Shown: positions 28,442 to 36,552 of the stretch, piece after piece
Numbering within the stretch: the first letter of the stretch is position 1
Layout: each line of letters opens with the position of its first letter
Origin: a virus
Length of the DNA: 64,000 bases
Reading direction: 5' to 3' (one strand)
IMG/VR virus record: IMGVR_UViG_3300021960_009431
The notes under the pieces: generated by a model
What the model saw: only the letters and a program-made list of their open reading frames with translations
Database searches by the model: none
Told to the model about the DNA's origin: nothing
Translations under genes and position numbers: made by a program

Positions 28442-28954
28442 ATGAAAAATATTTTAGCTAGTGCAGCATTAGTTGCTTTAACTTCTGGTTGCGTCAATGC
28501 GCAGAGTTATACTGAAGTTGTTAAAGGTAATGTCATTGCTGTAGAAAATTTAACTCGTGTAGTTAGCGTTCAAAAACCTCATAGGAGTTGTTATACTGTA
28601 GATGTTCCTGTATATGGAAATAGTGGTGGGGGATCTACTAACGATACTATTGTAGGGGCTCTTATAGGTGGAGCTATCGGTAATCAATTTGGTAACGGTA
28701 GTGGCAAAGATGCTGCTACAGTGCTAGGTGCTATTGTCGGTGCTGATGTAGCTAATAAGAATAATAGAAATTCTAATGTAGTTGGCTATCGTCAAGAGAA
28801 TAGATGTACTACTGAATATATTACTGAACTACAAGAGCGTACCGCTGGTTATAAAGTTACTATTGAAGTAGATGGTACTACGTTTACCACTATCTCAAAT
28901 AGAAAGCATCGTGTAGGTCAAAGAGTAGAAGTTCAAAAACGATACGATTACTAA
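28442..28954 (+). CDS. Glycine-zipper 2TM (YcfJ-like) envelope protein
   Basis: Signal peptide; GALIGGAIGNQFGNGSGKDAATVLGAIVG. Confidence 0.88.
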   Translation: MKNILASAALVALTSGCVNAQSYTEVVKGNVIAVENLTRVVSVQKPHRSCYTVDVPVYGNSGGGSTNDTIVGALIGGAIGNQFGNGSGKDAATVLGAIVGADVANKNNRNSNVVGYRQENRCTTEYITELQERTAGYKVTIEVDGTTFTTISNRKHRVGQRVEVQKRYDY

Positions 28955-28958
28955 TATT

Positions 28959-29504
28959 ATGAATATTTTTATTTTGGATCGCGACCCGTATAAAGCGGCT
29001 CGACAGATGTGTGATAAACATGTAGTAAAGATGGTAACTGAAACCGCTCAGTTACTATCTACATGTCATCGATTACTAGATGGTGATATGTATATTGCTC
29101 GAACTAAAATCGGTCGTCGAATAAAGCGCTGGCGCTTGTATGATGATAGAGAGCAATTACTGTACAAAGCCTCTCATATTAATCATCCATGTAATATTTG
29201 GTTAAGAGAGACTAAAGGTAACTACGAGTGGACGTTCAATCACTTTATAGGTTTATGTGATGAGTATAAACATAGATATGGACGTGATCATAAAGCAGAT
29301 ACTGATTTCAGATTCTTTCTACATAGATTTCCTGACAACTTAAAAGACGGTTTGAGGACTGAATTTGCTCAGGCAATGCCGGATGAATGTAAGCAAAAAG
29401 ATGTTGAACTTGCTTACAAAAGATACTATAATATGTATAAAGCAGATATCGCTAAATGGAAATCTGGCTTAGTACCTGAATGGTTTGTAGGAGAGTTAGT
29501 ATGA
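28959..29504 (+). CDS. Pyrimidine-dimer DNA glycosylase/DenV-family protein
   Basis: MNIF.LD..P..AA...CDKHVVKM..E.AQLLST, H.NHPC..W, QAMPD. Confidence 0.85.
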   Translation: MNIFILDRDPYKAARQMCDKHVVKMVTETAQLLSTCHRLLDGDMYIARTKIGRRIKRWRLYDDREQLLYKASHINHPCNIWLRETKGNYEWTFNHFIGLCDEYKHRYGRDHKADTDFRFFLHRFPDNLKDGLRTEFAQAMPDECKQKDVELAYKRYYNMYKADIAKWKSGLVPEWFVGELV

Positions 29505-29923
29505 GTATGCATATGATTAAAGGTGTTGCGGTTCATGGATCTAAGAAGCGTAAGTCTAAAAAGAAAATTGATATGAAAGAGATGGAAGTAAAAATGCGTC
29601 AGTATAATAAAGATATGCGACGTAAAGGACTTCATAGTTGTCAGTTTGAGACTGTAGAAGATTATGTTAATAACCTTACTGGTAAAGTTAAAAAAGTGAA
29701 ACAGGAGTTTAAGCCTTATGAACCGAAGACAACGGTCAGACGTACAACGCAGGTTATCCCTAGCAAATCGACGGACAGCATACCTGGCGCGGCAGCGCGA
29801 AAAGAGCGGCAAGTCTACTCCGGAGACTATGTCGTCGGTATCGCCTCAATGCATAAGTCGAACTTCGTCCCAGTAGGTCGTGGTGATGATCCTAAAGCTT
29901 ATGCTCAAATGAGACGAAATTAA
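29501..29923 (+). CDS. Conserved basic hypothetical protein
   Basis: YSG..V.GIA.MHKSN.VPV..A.MRR. Confidence 0.7.
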   Translation: MSMHMIKGVAVHGSKKRKSKKKIDMKEMEVKMRQYNKDMRRKGLHSCQFETVEDYVNNLTGKVKKVKQEFKPYEPKTTVRRTTQVIPSKSTDSIPGAAARKERQVYSGDYVVGIASMHKSNFVPVGRGDDPKAYAQMRRN

Positions 29924-29946
29924 TTTTAGTTTTGTGAAAAAAACAG

Positions 29947-29975
29947 TTGCACTTTATTCTGAAAGAGTCTATTAT
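29947..29975 (+). promoter_or_regulatory. Early promoter
   Basis: AAAAAAACAG-TTGCAC-N17-TATTAT, RBS AAGGAG. Confidence 0.85.
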
Positions 29976-30005
29976 ATATTATAAGTTGTTAATAAGGAGA
30001 TACTT

Positions 30006-30197
30006 ATGAATATAGATTTTGATAAAGTCAAAGTTTTAAACGTAGACGGAATTGATATGAAAGATTATCCTAAGTTCTGTGATGCGTATATTGATGAAGC
30101 TCTTATTGATGGTGTACGAGCATCAGATGAAGAGTTAGATGTTATTAATGAGAATAGCTACTTTCTAATGGATGCTATTCATAACCATATTAATTGA
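30006..30197 (+). CDS. Conserved small acidic phage protein
   Basis: DGID.KDYPKFCDAYI..A....ASDEELD. Confidence 0.7.
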   Translation: MNIDFDKVKVLNVDGIDMKDYPKFCDAYIDEALIDGVRASDEELDVINENSYFLMDAIHNHIN

Positions 30198-30209
30198 GGA
30201 GAATTAAAT

Positions 30210-31151
30210 ATGTCACATCAAGTTGAAACTATGGCTTATGCCGGTGAAGTTCCTTGGCATGGATTAGGTGTTAAAGTTAATGATGATCTCACTGTAGATG
30301 AGATGATCGCGGCTGCTGGTCTCGATTGGACCGTTAGTAAGCAGCCTACTTTTTATCGCATTGGCGATGAAGAAATAGCGACAGGTAAGTATGCTCTTAT
30401 CAGGGATACAGATAAGCAGTTCCTGTCGAATGTCTCCGACGGGTGGGAGCCGTGTCAGAATGTTGATGCGTTTTCTATCTTTGAGGAGTTTGTAGAGCGC
30501 AATGAACTAGAAATGCATACAGCAGGTTCATTGAAGGACGGCAGAGTAGTCTGGGGTCTTGCAAAAATGAAAGATCAGTTTGCTTTGTTTAACGATGATG
30601 TGACGGAACAGTATCTCCTCCTCGTCAATCCGCACACGTTCGGTAACGGCATTCACGTCCGCTCTACCCCTATTCGAGTTGTTTGTAATAACACTCTATC
30701 ATTTGCTCTTGGTTCAGCATCTGATGTTAAATCAACTCAGAATCATCGTAAGATGTTTGACGTAGATCAAATGAAGCAAGCTATCGGACTTACTCGTGAG
30801 AAGCTTGCTCAGTATGAGACTATGGCTTCATTTCTTGCTAGTAAGCAGTTTAGTGAAGAAAAGTTTAAAGAGTATCTTAACGTTGTATTTCCTAATTTCT
30901 CTAAGAAAGAAGGAGCTGAGTTAAATCTTTCTCGTAATGCTAATCGTGCATTAGAGATTGTAGACACTCAACCTGGTGCAGAATTTGGACGAGGCACTTG
31001 GTGGCAAGCTTTTAATTCAGTTACTTACTTGACTGATCATGAGCTTGGTCGTAGTCAAGATTCTCGGTTGAACTCTGCTTGGTTAGGAGTTAATAAAGAT
31101 CGTAAGAATATGGCTTTAGAAAAGGCTGTTGAGTTTGCAGAAGCAGCATAA
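30210..31151 (+). CDS. DUF932 / LGT_TIGR03299 phage-plasmid protein
   Basis: PWHGLG, AGLDW.V, QN, TAGSL..GR, TPIRVVCNNTL, GT.W.A.N.VT..DH. Confidence 0.9.
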   Translation: MSHQVETMAYAGEVPWHGLGVKVNDDLTVDEMIAAAGLDWTVSKQPTFYRIGDEEIATGKYALIRDTDKQFLSNVSDGWEPCQNVDAFSIFEEFVERNELEMHTAGSLKDGRVVWGLAKMKDQFALFNDDVTEQYLLLVNPHTFGNGIHVRSTPIRVVCNNTLSFALGSASDVKSTQNHRKMFDVDQMKQAIGLTREKLAQYETMASFLASKQFSEEKFKEYLNVVFPNFSKKEGAELNLSRNANRALEIVDTQPGAEFGRGTWWQAFNSVTYLTDHELGRSQDSRLNSAWLGVNKDRKNMALEKAVEFAEAA

Positions 31152-32643
31152 AATAAACAACATTGTTGTAGTAGGGGGCGGTAGTGCTGGTTGGCTTACC
31201 GCTCTTACTGTTCATGCATATCAACCTGATAAAAATATAGTATTAATCGAAAGCGATGATATTGGTATATTAGGTGCAGGTGAAGGAACTATTCCTCATT
31301 TCACAGAAGCAATGCTTAATATTTTAAATATTGATTTTACTGATTTAATTAATAACACAAACGGTACAGTAAAAAATTCTATTAAATTTACAGGTTGGAA
31401 TAAATCTAATATAGATTTTCACCACACGTTTAATGCATTTGGCCCTCTATCTTATAATTCTTATAATGATAAACAAGATCAAACTTCTTTATTAATATCT
31501 CATCTATATGCTAATAATGATAATATTATTAATAAAGAAGCCATATCTTCACTAAGTGAAGAAACTAAAGTTCCTATTCTCAAAGATAATCTAGAAAGAT
31601 TAGCACCATTTGCTGTTCATTTTGACGCTCAGTTGTTAGCAAAATATTTACGTACACTAGCTATAGAAAGAGGTGTAACTAGAGTAGAAGGAATTATTGC
31701 ATCGTATGATGAGGATAATTCTGGTGATATTACTAATGTAATATTAAAAGATGGTAAAAATATACCATGTGATTTTATATTTGATTGTTCTGGTTTGCAT
31801 AGACAAATAATTGGTAAGCATTATAACAGTGAATGGATTTCTTATAAGGACAGCTTACCAGTAAATAGAGCATTACCATTCTTTATTAAAACTGATAATG
31901 ATCATAATCTTCATCCATACACTGAAGCTATTGCAATGAAGTATGGTTGGGTTTGGAAAATTCCTGTACAAGGTAGATATGGTTGTGGTTATGTTTTTGA
32001 TTCAAATTATTTAACTGATGATCAAGCATTACAAGAAGTAAAAGAATTATTTGGAGAAGATATTACTTCGCCTAGACAATTTTCTTTTGAGGCAGGTAGA
32101 TATAAAGAGGTGTGGAAAAATAATTGTATAGCTATAGGACTATCACAAGGCTTTATTGAACCGTTAGAAGCCACATCAATATATGTTTCTTGTGTTTCGT
32201 TAATTACCGCACTATCAAACTTCTATAAATTAGAAAAGAGAGATCAACTTTTTATAGATGAATACAATAATATATTTGCAAAAAGAATGCAAGAAATATT
32301 AGATTTTATCTATTTTCATTACATAACAGATAGAACTGATACTGATTTTTGGAAACACTTTACTATTAGAAATAAAGTTCCTGACTCATTAAAAGAAAAA
32401 TTATCAACATGGCAAAAAAGATTACCAGTTGAATCTGATTTAAATCATAAAGCAATTTTTGGATTACATAGTTGGTTAATGATTGGTACGGGTAATAATT
32501 TTATAAACAAAGACCGTTACCAACAAGAAATATTTGACTATAATAACTTTAATATCAATATCGAAGAGTATAATAAAAGAAAAGAACGTGCTGTTAATGA
32601 TAGCATATTACACAAAGATTTTTTAAATATATTAAAAAAGTAG
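31129..32643 (+). CDS. Tryptophan-halogenase-family flavin-dependent enzyme
   Basis: GGGSAGW, GAGEGT, K, DCSG, GWVWKIP (WxWxIP), GFIEPLEATSI. Confidence 0.9.
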   Translation: MSLQKQHKINNIVVVGGGSAGWLTALTVHAYQPDKNIVLIESDDIGILGAGEGTIPHFTEAMLNILNIDFTDLINNTNGTVKNSIKFTGWNKSNIDFHHTFNAFGPLSYNSYNDKQDQTSLLISHLYANNDNIINKEAISSLSEETKVPILKDNLERLAPFAVHFDAQLLAKYLRTLAIERGVTRVEGIIASYDEDNSGDITNVILKDGKNIPCDFIFDCSGLHRQIIGKHYNSEWISYKDSLPVNRALPFFIKTDNDHNLHPYTEAIAMKYGWVWKIPVQGRYGCGYVFDSNYLTDDQALQEVKELFGEDITSPRQFSFEAGRYKEVWKNNCIAIGLSQGFIEPLEATSIYVSCVSLITALSNFYKLEKRDQLFIDEYNNIFAKRMQEILDFIYFHYITDRTDTDFWKHFTIRNKVPDSLKEKLSTWQKRLPVESDLNHKAIFGLHSWLMIGTGNNFINKDRYQQEIFDYNNFNINIEEYNKRKERAVNDSILHKDFLNILKK

Positions 32644-32672
32644 TTGCCTTTTATTTCATTTGTTCCTATAAT
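32644..32672 (+). promoter_or_regulatory. Early promoter
   Basis: AG-TTGCCT-N17-TATAAT. Confidence 0.82.
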
Positions 32673-32700
32673 ATGGTATAAAATGAAATAAGGATTTATT

Positions 32701-33270
32701 ATGAATAATGTGATATTAACAGATGCCGATGGCGTACTTCTTAACTGGGAGTACGCCTTCGATTGTTGGATGGAAGAGAAAGGTTATACACCTTTAACTC
32801 GAGACATCTATGATGTAAATTCTCGATATGGATTAGATAAAGAAGAAAAAGATTTACTAGTGAGGTCTTTTAACGAGTCAGCTGCAATTGGCTTTCTTCC
32901 TCCTCTACGTGATGCTATTCATTATGTGCGTAAGCTACATGAAGAGCATGGTTATATTTTTCGAGTAATTACATCGCTTAGTCTCAATAAGCATGCTGGA
33001 CGTCTTCGTCAGAAGAACTTATTTAAGTTGTTTGGTACTGCTATTGATGACGTTCTGTGCTTGGATACAGGTGCAGATAAAGACGAAGCTTTAGCACCTT
33101 ATAAAGATTCAGGTATGATTTGGATCGAAGATAAGCCTGAGAATGCTGATCTTGGTGCTGAGCTTGGTCTTACATCTTATTTGATTGAACATAAACATAA
33201 TATGAATCATGATAACAATGATGTTACTATCGTAAAGAACTGGAAAGAGCTTTATGAGTTGATCTCCTAG
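32701..33270 (+). CDS. HAD-family protein, T4 gp30.2-like (5'-nucleotidase-like)
   Basis: ILTDADGVLLNW, FN.S, ITS, R..NL..LFG, WIEDK. Confidence 0.8.
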   Translation: MNNVILTDADGVLLNWEYAFDCWMEEKGYTPLTRDIYDVNSRYGLDKEEKDLLVRSFNESAAIGFLPPLRDAIHYVRKLHEEHGYIFRVITSLSLNKHAGRLRQKNLFKLFGTAIDDVLCLDTGADKDEALAPYKDSGMIWIEDKPENADLGAELGLTSYLIEHKHNMNHDNNDVTIVKNWKELYELIS

Positions 33271-33300
33271 TATGGTAAAAATACCATACTTTTTATTTAT
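33269..33300 (+). terminator. Intrinsic terminator upstream of tmRNA
   Basis: 9-bp stem AGTATGGTA/TACCATACT followed by a T-rich run. Confidence 0.7.
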
Positions 33301-33334
33301 TTTTTAGTTTCAGGGAAAAAATAAACCTATACTA

Positions 33335-33341
33335 CTAAATA
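33335..33341 (+). promoter_or_regulatory. Late promoter-like CTAAATA driving tmRNA
   Basis: Matches the TAAATA core also seen before late structural genes in this window. Confidence 0.55.
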
Positions 33342-33347
33342 AAATTG

Positions 33348-33602
33348 TTAACGTTGAAGCAACGTAGACGTATTCTGGACCTGGGGGCGGTACCCAGCAG
33401 CTCCACCAAGTGTACATTTAATGAGTGTATAGTTGATGGGGCTGAAATAGGATCGACAGGTGCGAAAGTGAAGTGGAGTTAACCGGATGACTGCGTTATT
33501 GGTCAACAACTACAAATGCAAACGATAATTTTGCACCATCTGGTTATGCACTAGCTGCATAGGCACAGGGGGAGGCCACTGCCTAGCAACAGAAGTGTGG
33601 CG
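33348..33602 (+). ncRNA. ssrA: Circularly permuted two-piece tmRNA (alphaproteobacterial type)
   Basis: Acceptor piece: T-arm CTGGG-GGCGGTA-CCCAG plus CAGCTCC-A-CCA ending at 33408. Coding piece: 5' GGGGCTG at 33438 (G3.U70 pair); tag ANDNFAPSGYALAA* at 33518-33562. Outer ends approximate. Confidence 0.95.
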
Positions 33603-33625
33603 TTCAACTATAAGAGGAGATCATT

Positions 33626-33859
33626 ATGGAAGTTCTAAACAAAGTAAAATCATGGGCAGGTGCTCTAGCTGAGGTTGGTCTTAGCGTAGCAGCTCTTGCA
33701 ATCATACTAGAAGTCCTAGGTATGGGTAACATGCCATTCATGCCAGAAGGTATGAGCGTAGTAGATAATGTTTCAGCTATGATATCAGGTCTAGGTTCAC
33801 AAGGTGTGATGGGTTTGATCGCTGTTTGGGTTCTATATGAAATCTGGAATCGTAAATAA
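33626..33859 (+). CDS. Small membrane protein
   Basis: RBS GAGGAG; two hydrophobic helices. Confidence 0.7.
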   Translation: MEVLNKVKSWAGALAEVGLSVAALAIILEVLGMGNMPFMPEGMSVVDNVSAMISGLGSQGVMGLIAVWVLYEIWNRK

Positions 33860-33875
33860 TAAGAAAGAACGATAA

Positions 33876-34250
33876 ATGAAAGTTTTAACTACAGCTGCAG
33901 TTGCAGCTACTTTTTTAACTACTGCAGCTTATGCTGTAGACCTGGGTAACGGATTGACTGTAGGTGGTGAGCTGGATGCTCATTGGGCAGTTGATGCTGA
34001 AGCACTGTCAATGACATTAACACCTGAAATTGGTTATAATGCATGGGGTAATGATTTTACTGCGTCTACAGATTTGGATGTATACAAAAATGAAGATGTA
34101 GTTATTGGTGATGCATTTGACTCACTAGTAGTTGACTTCAAAGTGACACGTCCATGGATGTCAAATATTGAATTGTATGGGGAAACTTCTTGGGATTTCG
34201 ATGCTGAAGAGCGTGGAGAGATTTCAGTAGGTGCAACATTCTCATTTTAA
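33876..34250 (+). CDS. Small outer-membrane beta-barrel-like protein
   Basis: Signal peptide (AYA|V), alternating beta-strands, C-terminal beta-signal VGATFSF. Confidence 0.7.
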   Translation: MKVLTTAAVAATFLTTAAYAVDLGNGLTVGGELDAHWAVDAEALSMTLTPEIGYNAWGNDFTASTDLDVYKNEDVVIGDAFDSLVVDFKVTRPWMSNIELYGETSWDFDAEERGEISVGATFSF

Positions 34251-34269
34251 TTTATAGATAAACAAATGA

Positions 34270-34293
34270 AAAGGGGCTCAGGCCCCTTTTTTT
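34270..34293 (+). terminator. Intrinsic terminator
   Basis: AAAAGGGGC-TCAG-GCCCCTTTTTTT. Confidence 0.9.
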
Positions 34294-34304
34294 GTATAAA
34301 ACAG

Positions 34305-34333
34305 TTGCCTTCTGTTGTGAATTATATTATTAT
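34305..34333 (+). promoter_or_regulatory. Early promoter
   Basis: AAAACAG-TTGCCT-N17-TATTAT, RBS AGGAG. Confidence 0.82.
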
Positions 34334-34358
34334 AATATAACGAGCAGGAGAGAAAAAA

Positions 34359-34880
34359 ATGAAATACTTGGTAAAAGTACTTTCAGCTATTTTAATAGCT
34401 GTGTCATCTACTTTTTTATTTGCAACTACTAATATTGTATTAGCAGATGCTGAAAAAAGAGGGATGGATAAAAATGAAATAGAGTGTCTTGCACTTAATA
34501 TCTATTTCGAAACTAGCGCAGTATCTTTAGCAGACGCAATTGCAGTTTCAGATGTTGTAATGAATAGAATCAACTCAACACGTTACCCTGATACTGTTTG
34601 TGAAGTAGTGAAGCAAGGGCATAAACATCCTAACGGTGCAATGAAGAGACATCAATGTCAGTTTAGTTGGTATTGTGATGGTAAATCCGATACACCAAAT
34701 AATTATGAAGCTTGGGAAAGATCTAGAACAGTAGCTTATGATATGTATATAAACAAAACATATATTGGTATTACTGAAGGCTCTACCCATTATCATGCTA
34801 ACTATGTTTCACCAGCTTGGGCTAAGCAATTACAAAGAATTACTCGAGTAGGTTCTCATATCTTTTATAGGCAGAATTAA
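34359..34880 (+). CDS. Cell wall hydrolase, SleB/Hydrolase_2 family
   Basis: CLALNIYFE, V.NR, YPDTVCEVV, CQFSWYCDGK, THYHA.YV.P.W, HIFY. Confidence 0.92.
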   Translation: MKYLVKVLSAILIAVSSTFLFATTNIVLADAEKRGMDKNEIECLALNIYFETSAVSLADAIAVSDVVMNRINSTRYPDTVCEVVKQGHKHPNGAMKRHQCQFSWYCDGKSDTPNNYEAWERSRTVAYDMYINKTYIGITEGSTHYHANYVSPAWAKQLQRITRVGSHIFYRQN

Positions 34881-35659
34881 TGAAGTATGTTTTAGTGACT
34901 GGAGGATTTGATCCTCTGCATTCTGGTCATATTGAATATTTTAAAGCAGCGAAAAATCTAGGACATAAACTTATTGTAGGTTTAAACTCAGATGAATGGT
35001 TAACAAGAAAAAAAGGTAAACCTTTCTTGCCGTTTGAAGAAAGAGCAGCTATAATAAAAGAATTACAGATGGTTGATGAAGTCATCAAGTTCATTGATAA
35101 AGATGATACAGCTTGTAATGCTATCTATAAAGCTCTAACTATAGCAGGAAGTCATAATGATGTTATTTTTGCTAATGGTGGAGATAGAGAAAATAATAAT
35201 ACACCTGAATATAAATTATACAAAAATACATACGGTTTGAAATTTGCTTGGGGTGTTGGTGGTAACGATAAAATTAATTCGTCTAGCTGGATTTTAGATG
35301 AATGGAAAACTCAAAAGACTGAGCGTGATTGGGGTTACTGGAGAGTATTAGACGATAAGCAACCTGATGTAGGTATTAAAGTAAAAGAATTAGTTATTGA
35401 ACCAGGTTGTAACTTAAGTGATCAAAAGCATTACAGTCGTTCAGAGCACTGGTATATTCTTGAAGGCGATTTACAAATCGATTTAGAATATCCAAATGGG
35501 GAATGGCAAATACAGATGTTATCTCAACATACTACATTTGTAATACCTCAAGGCACATGGCATAAAACAACTAATATAGGTAAAACAAAAGCTCACATTC
35601 TCGAAGTTCAATATGGAGAGAAATGTGTAGAGGAGGATATAGAGCGTAGAAATGGTTGA
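34880..35659 (+). CDS. Cytidylyl/adenylyltransferase (HxGH) fused to a mannose-6-P-isomerase-like cupin
   Basis: GGFDPLHSGH, LNSD, FANGGDR, SSS; then ER.WG, S.Q.H..RSEHW, WH, EVQYG..EEDIER. Confidence 0.85.
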   Translation: MKYVLVTGGFDPLHSGHIEYFKAAKNLGHKLIVGLNSDEWLTRKKGKPFLPFEERAAIIKELQMVDEVIKFIDKDDTACNAIYKALTIAGSHNDVIFANGGDRENNNTPEYKLYKNTYGLKFAWGVGGNDKINSSSWILDEWKTQKTERDWGYWRVLDDKQPDVGIKVKELVIEPGCNLSDQKHYSRSEHWYILEGDLQIDLEYPNGEWQIQMLSQHTTFVIPQGTWHKTTNIGKTKAHILEVQYGEKCVEEDIERRNG

Positions 35660-35876
35660 AATAATGAACACACAAGCTTTTTCAATGAAAATTGAACAAG
35701 TTGTTAAAGATAAAAGAATAGGTTATTTCGATGCTGTATTATGGTATTGTGAGCAAAACGAAATAGAAATTGAAACAGGTGCTAAACTAATTAACACTAT
35801 TATAAAGAAAAAGATAGAAGCAGAAGCTTCTGATGCTAATCTACTAAAAGAAAAGTCAGCTAAGTTGCCTGTATAA
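35652..35876 (+). CDS. 33: Late transcription coactivator gp33
   Basis: FS.KIE, Y.DAV..YCE.N.IEIE, K.KIE.EA...NLL; position before gene 59. Confidence 0.88.
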   Translation: MVEIMNTQAFSMKIEQVVKDKRIGYFDAVLWYCEQNEIEIETGAKLINTIIKKKIEAEASDANLLKEKSAKLPV

Positions 35877-36490
35877 TGAATAATATATACGAAGGTCTGA
35901 ATGCTTATAAAACTTATCTAGCGATCAGAAACCACTTCAATACTGATTATGATTATTTTAAATATAAAGGAAAGTTGAAAGTATCAAATGACAGTTTCCT
36001 TAAAAGACGTGACAAATTTTTCTTCGCTAAGCTGGAGCGAAATTATCGCAATAACGAGCTCGTCTATTTCTTTGTCGCTAATTTTCTTGATAATGATAGT
36101 AGTTGGTCTGGTTCTTTGGTTGGATCAGAGAGCGAAAAAAAATATTTAGAATGGCGTAAACGTATTGAAAGTTTGAAGTACATCTTTAAGACGGAGTGTG
36201 AAAAAATACAAAATGAAATCGATTATAAAGATATTAACTTCGACGAGTTTTTTAGAGTTTTGGACTCCAATCATCCTCGTCTTCTTAATTGGCAACTTGG
36301 TAGCCATATTAGTCTTGAGACATTTACTATCATGGATGGGATATTAAATTTCACAAAACAGTGGAACTCTCACCTAAAAGATGATATAATGTATTATACA
36401 GTTAGAGATAAATCTAGCAAGTATAAACCTTTCTTACAAGTTGACCTACAAGCTTATAGAAAGATTATGAAGAATGTATTTACTAGCTAA
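35876..36490 (+). CDS. 59: Helicase loader gp59
   Basis: YLA...HF...YDYFKY.GK, F.KRRDK.FF.KL, FVANF, KYKPFL. Confidence 0.92.
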   Translation: MNNIYEGLNAYKTYLAIRNHFNTDYDYFKYKGKLKVSNDSFLKRRDKFFFAKLERNYRNNELVYFFVANFLDNDSSWSGSLVGSESEKKYLEWRKRIESLKYIFKTECEKIQNEIDYKDINFDEFFRVLDSNHPRLLNWQLGSHISLETFTIMDGILNFTKQWNSHLKDDIMYYTVRDKSSKYKPFLQVDLQAYRKIMKNVFTS

Positions 36491-36552
36491 ATACTATTAT
36501 ATTATGATTATTGTGGATAAGAAACTATACATCGCATATATGGAGAATACAT

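Noticed and set aside
31129-31175. DUF932-halogenase frameshift/readthrough fusion
   Set aside because: No slippery heptamer or stimulatory hairpin; an overlapping TTG start with AAGG upstream explains it.
33381-33408. Stand-alone tRNA-Ala
   Set aside because: No anticodon arm; it is the acceptor piece of the permuted tmRNA. No canonical tRNA was found by eye in the window.
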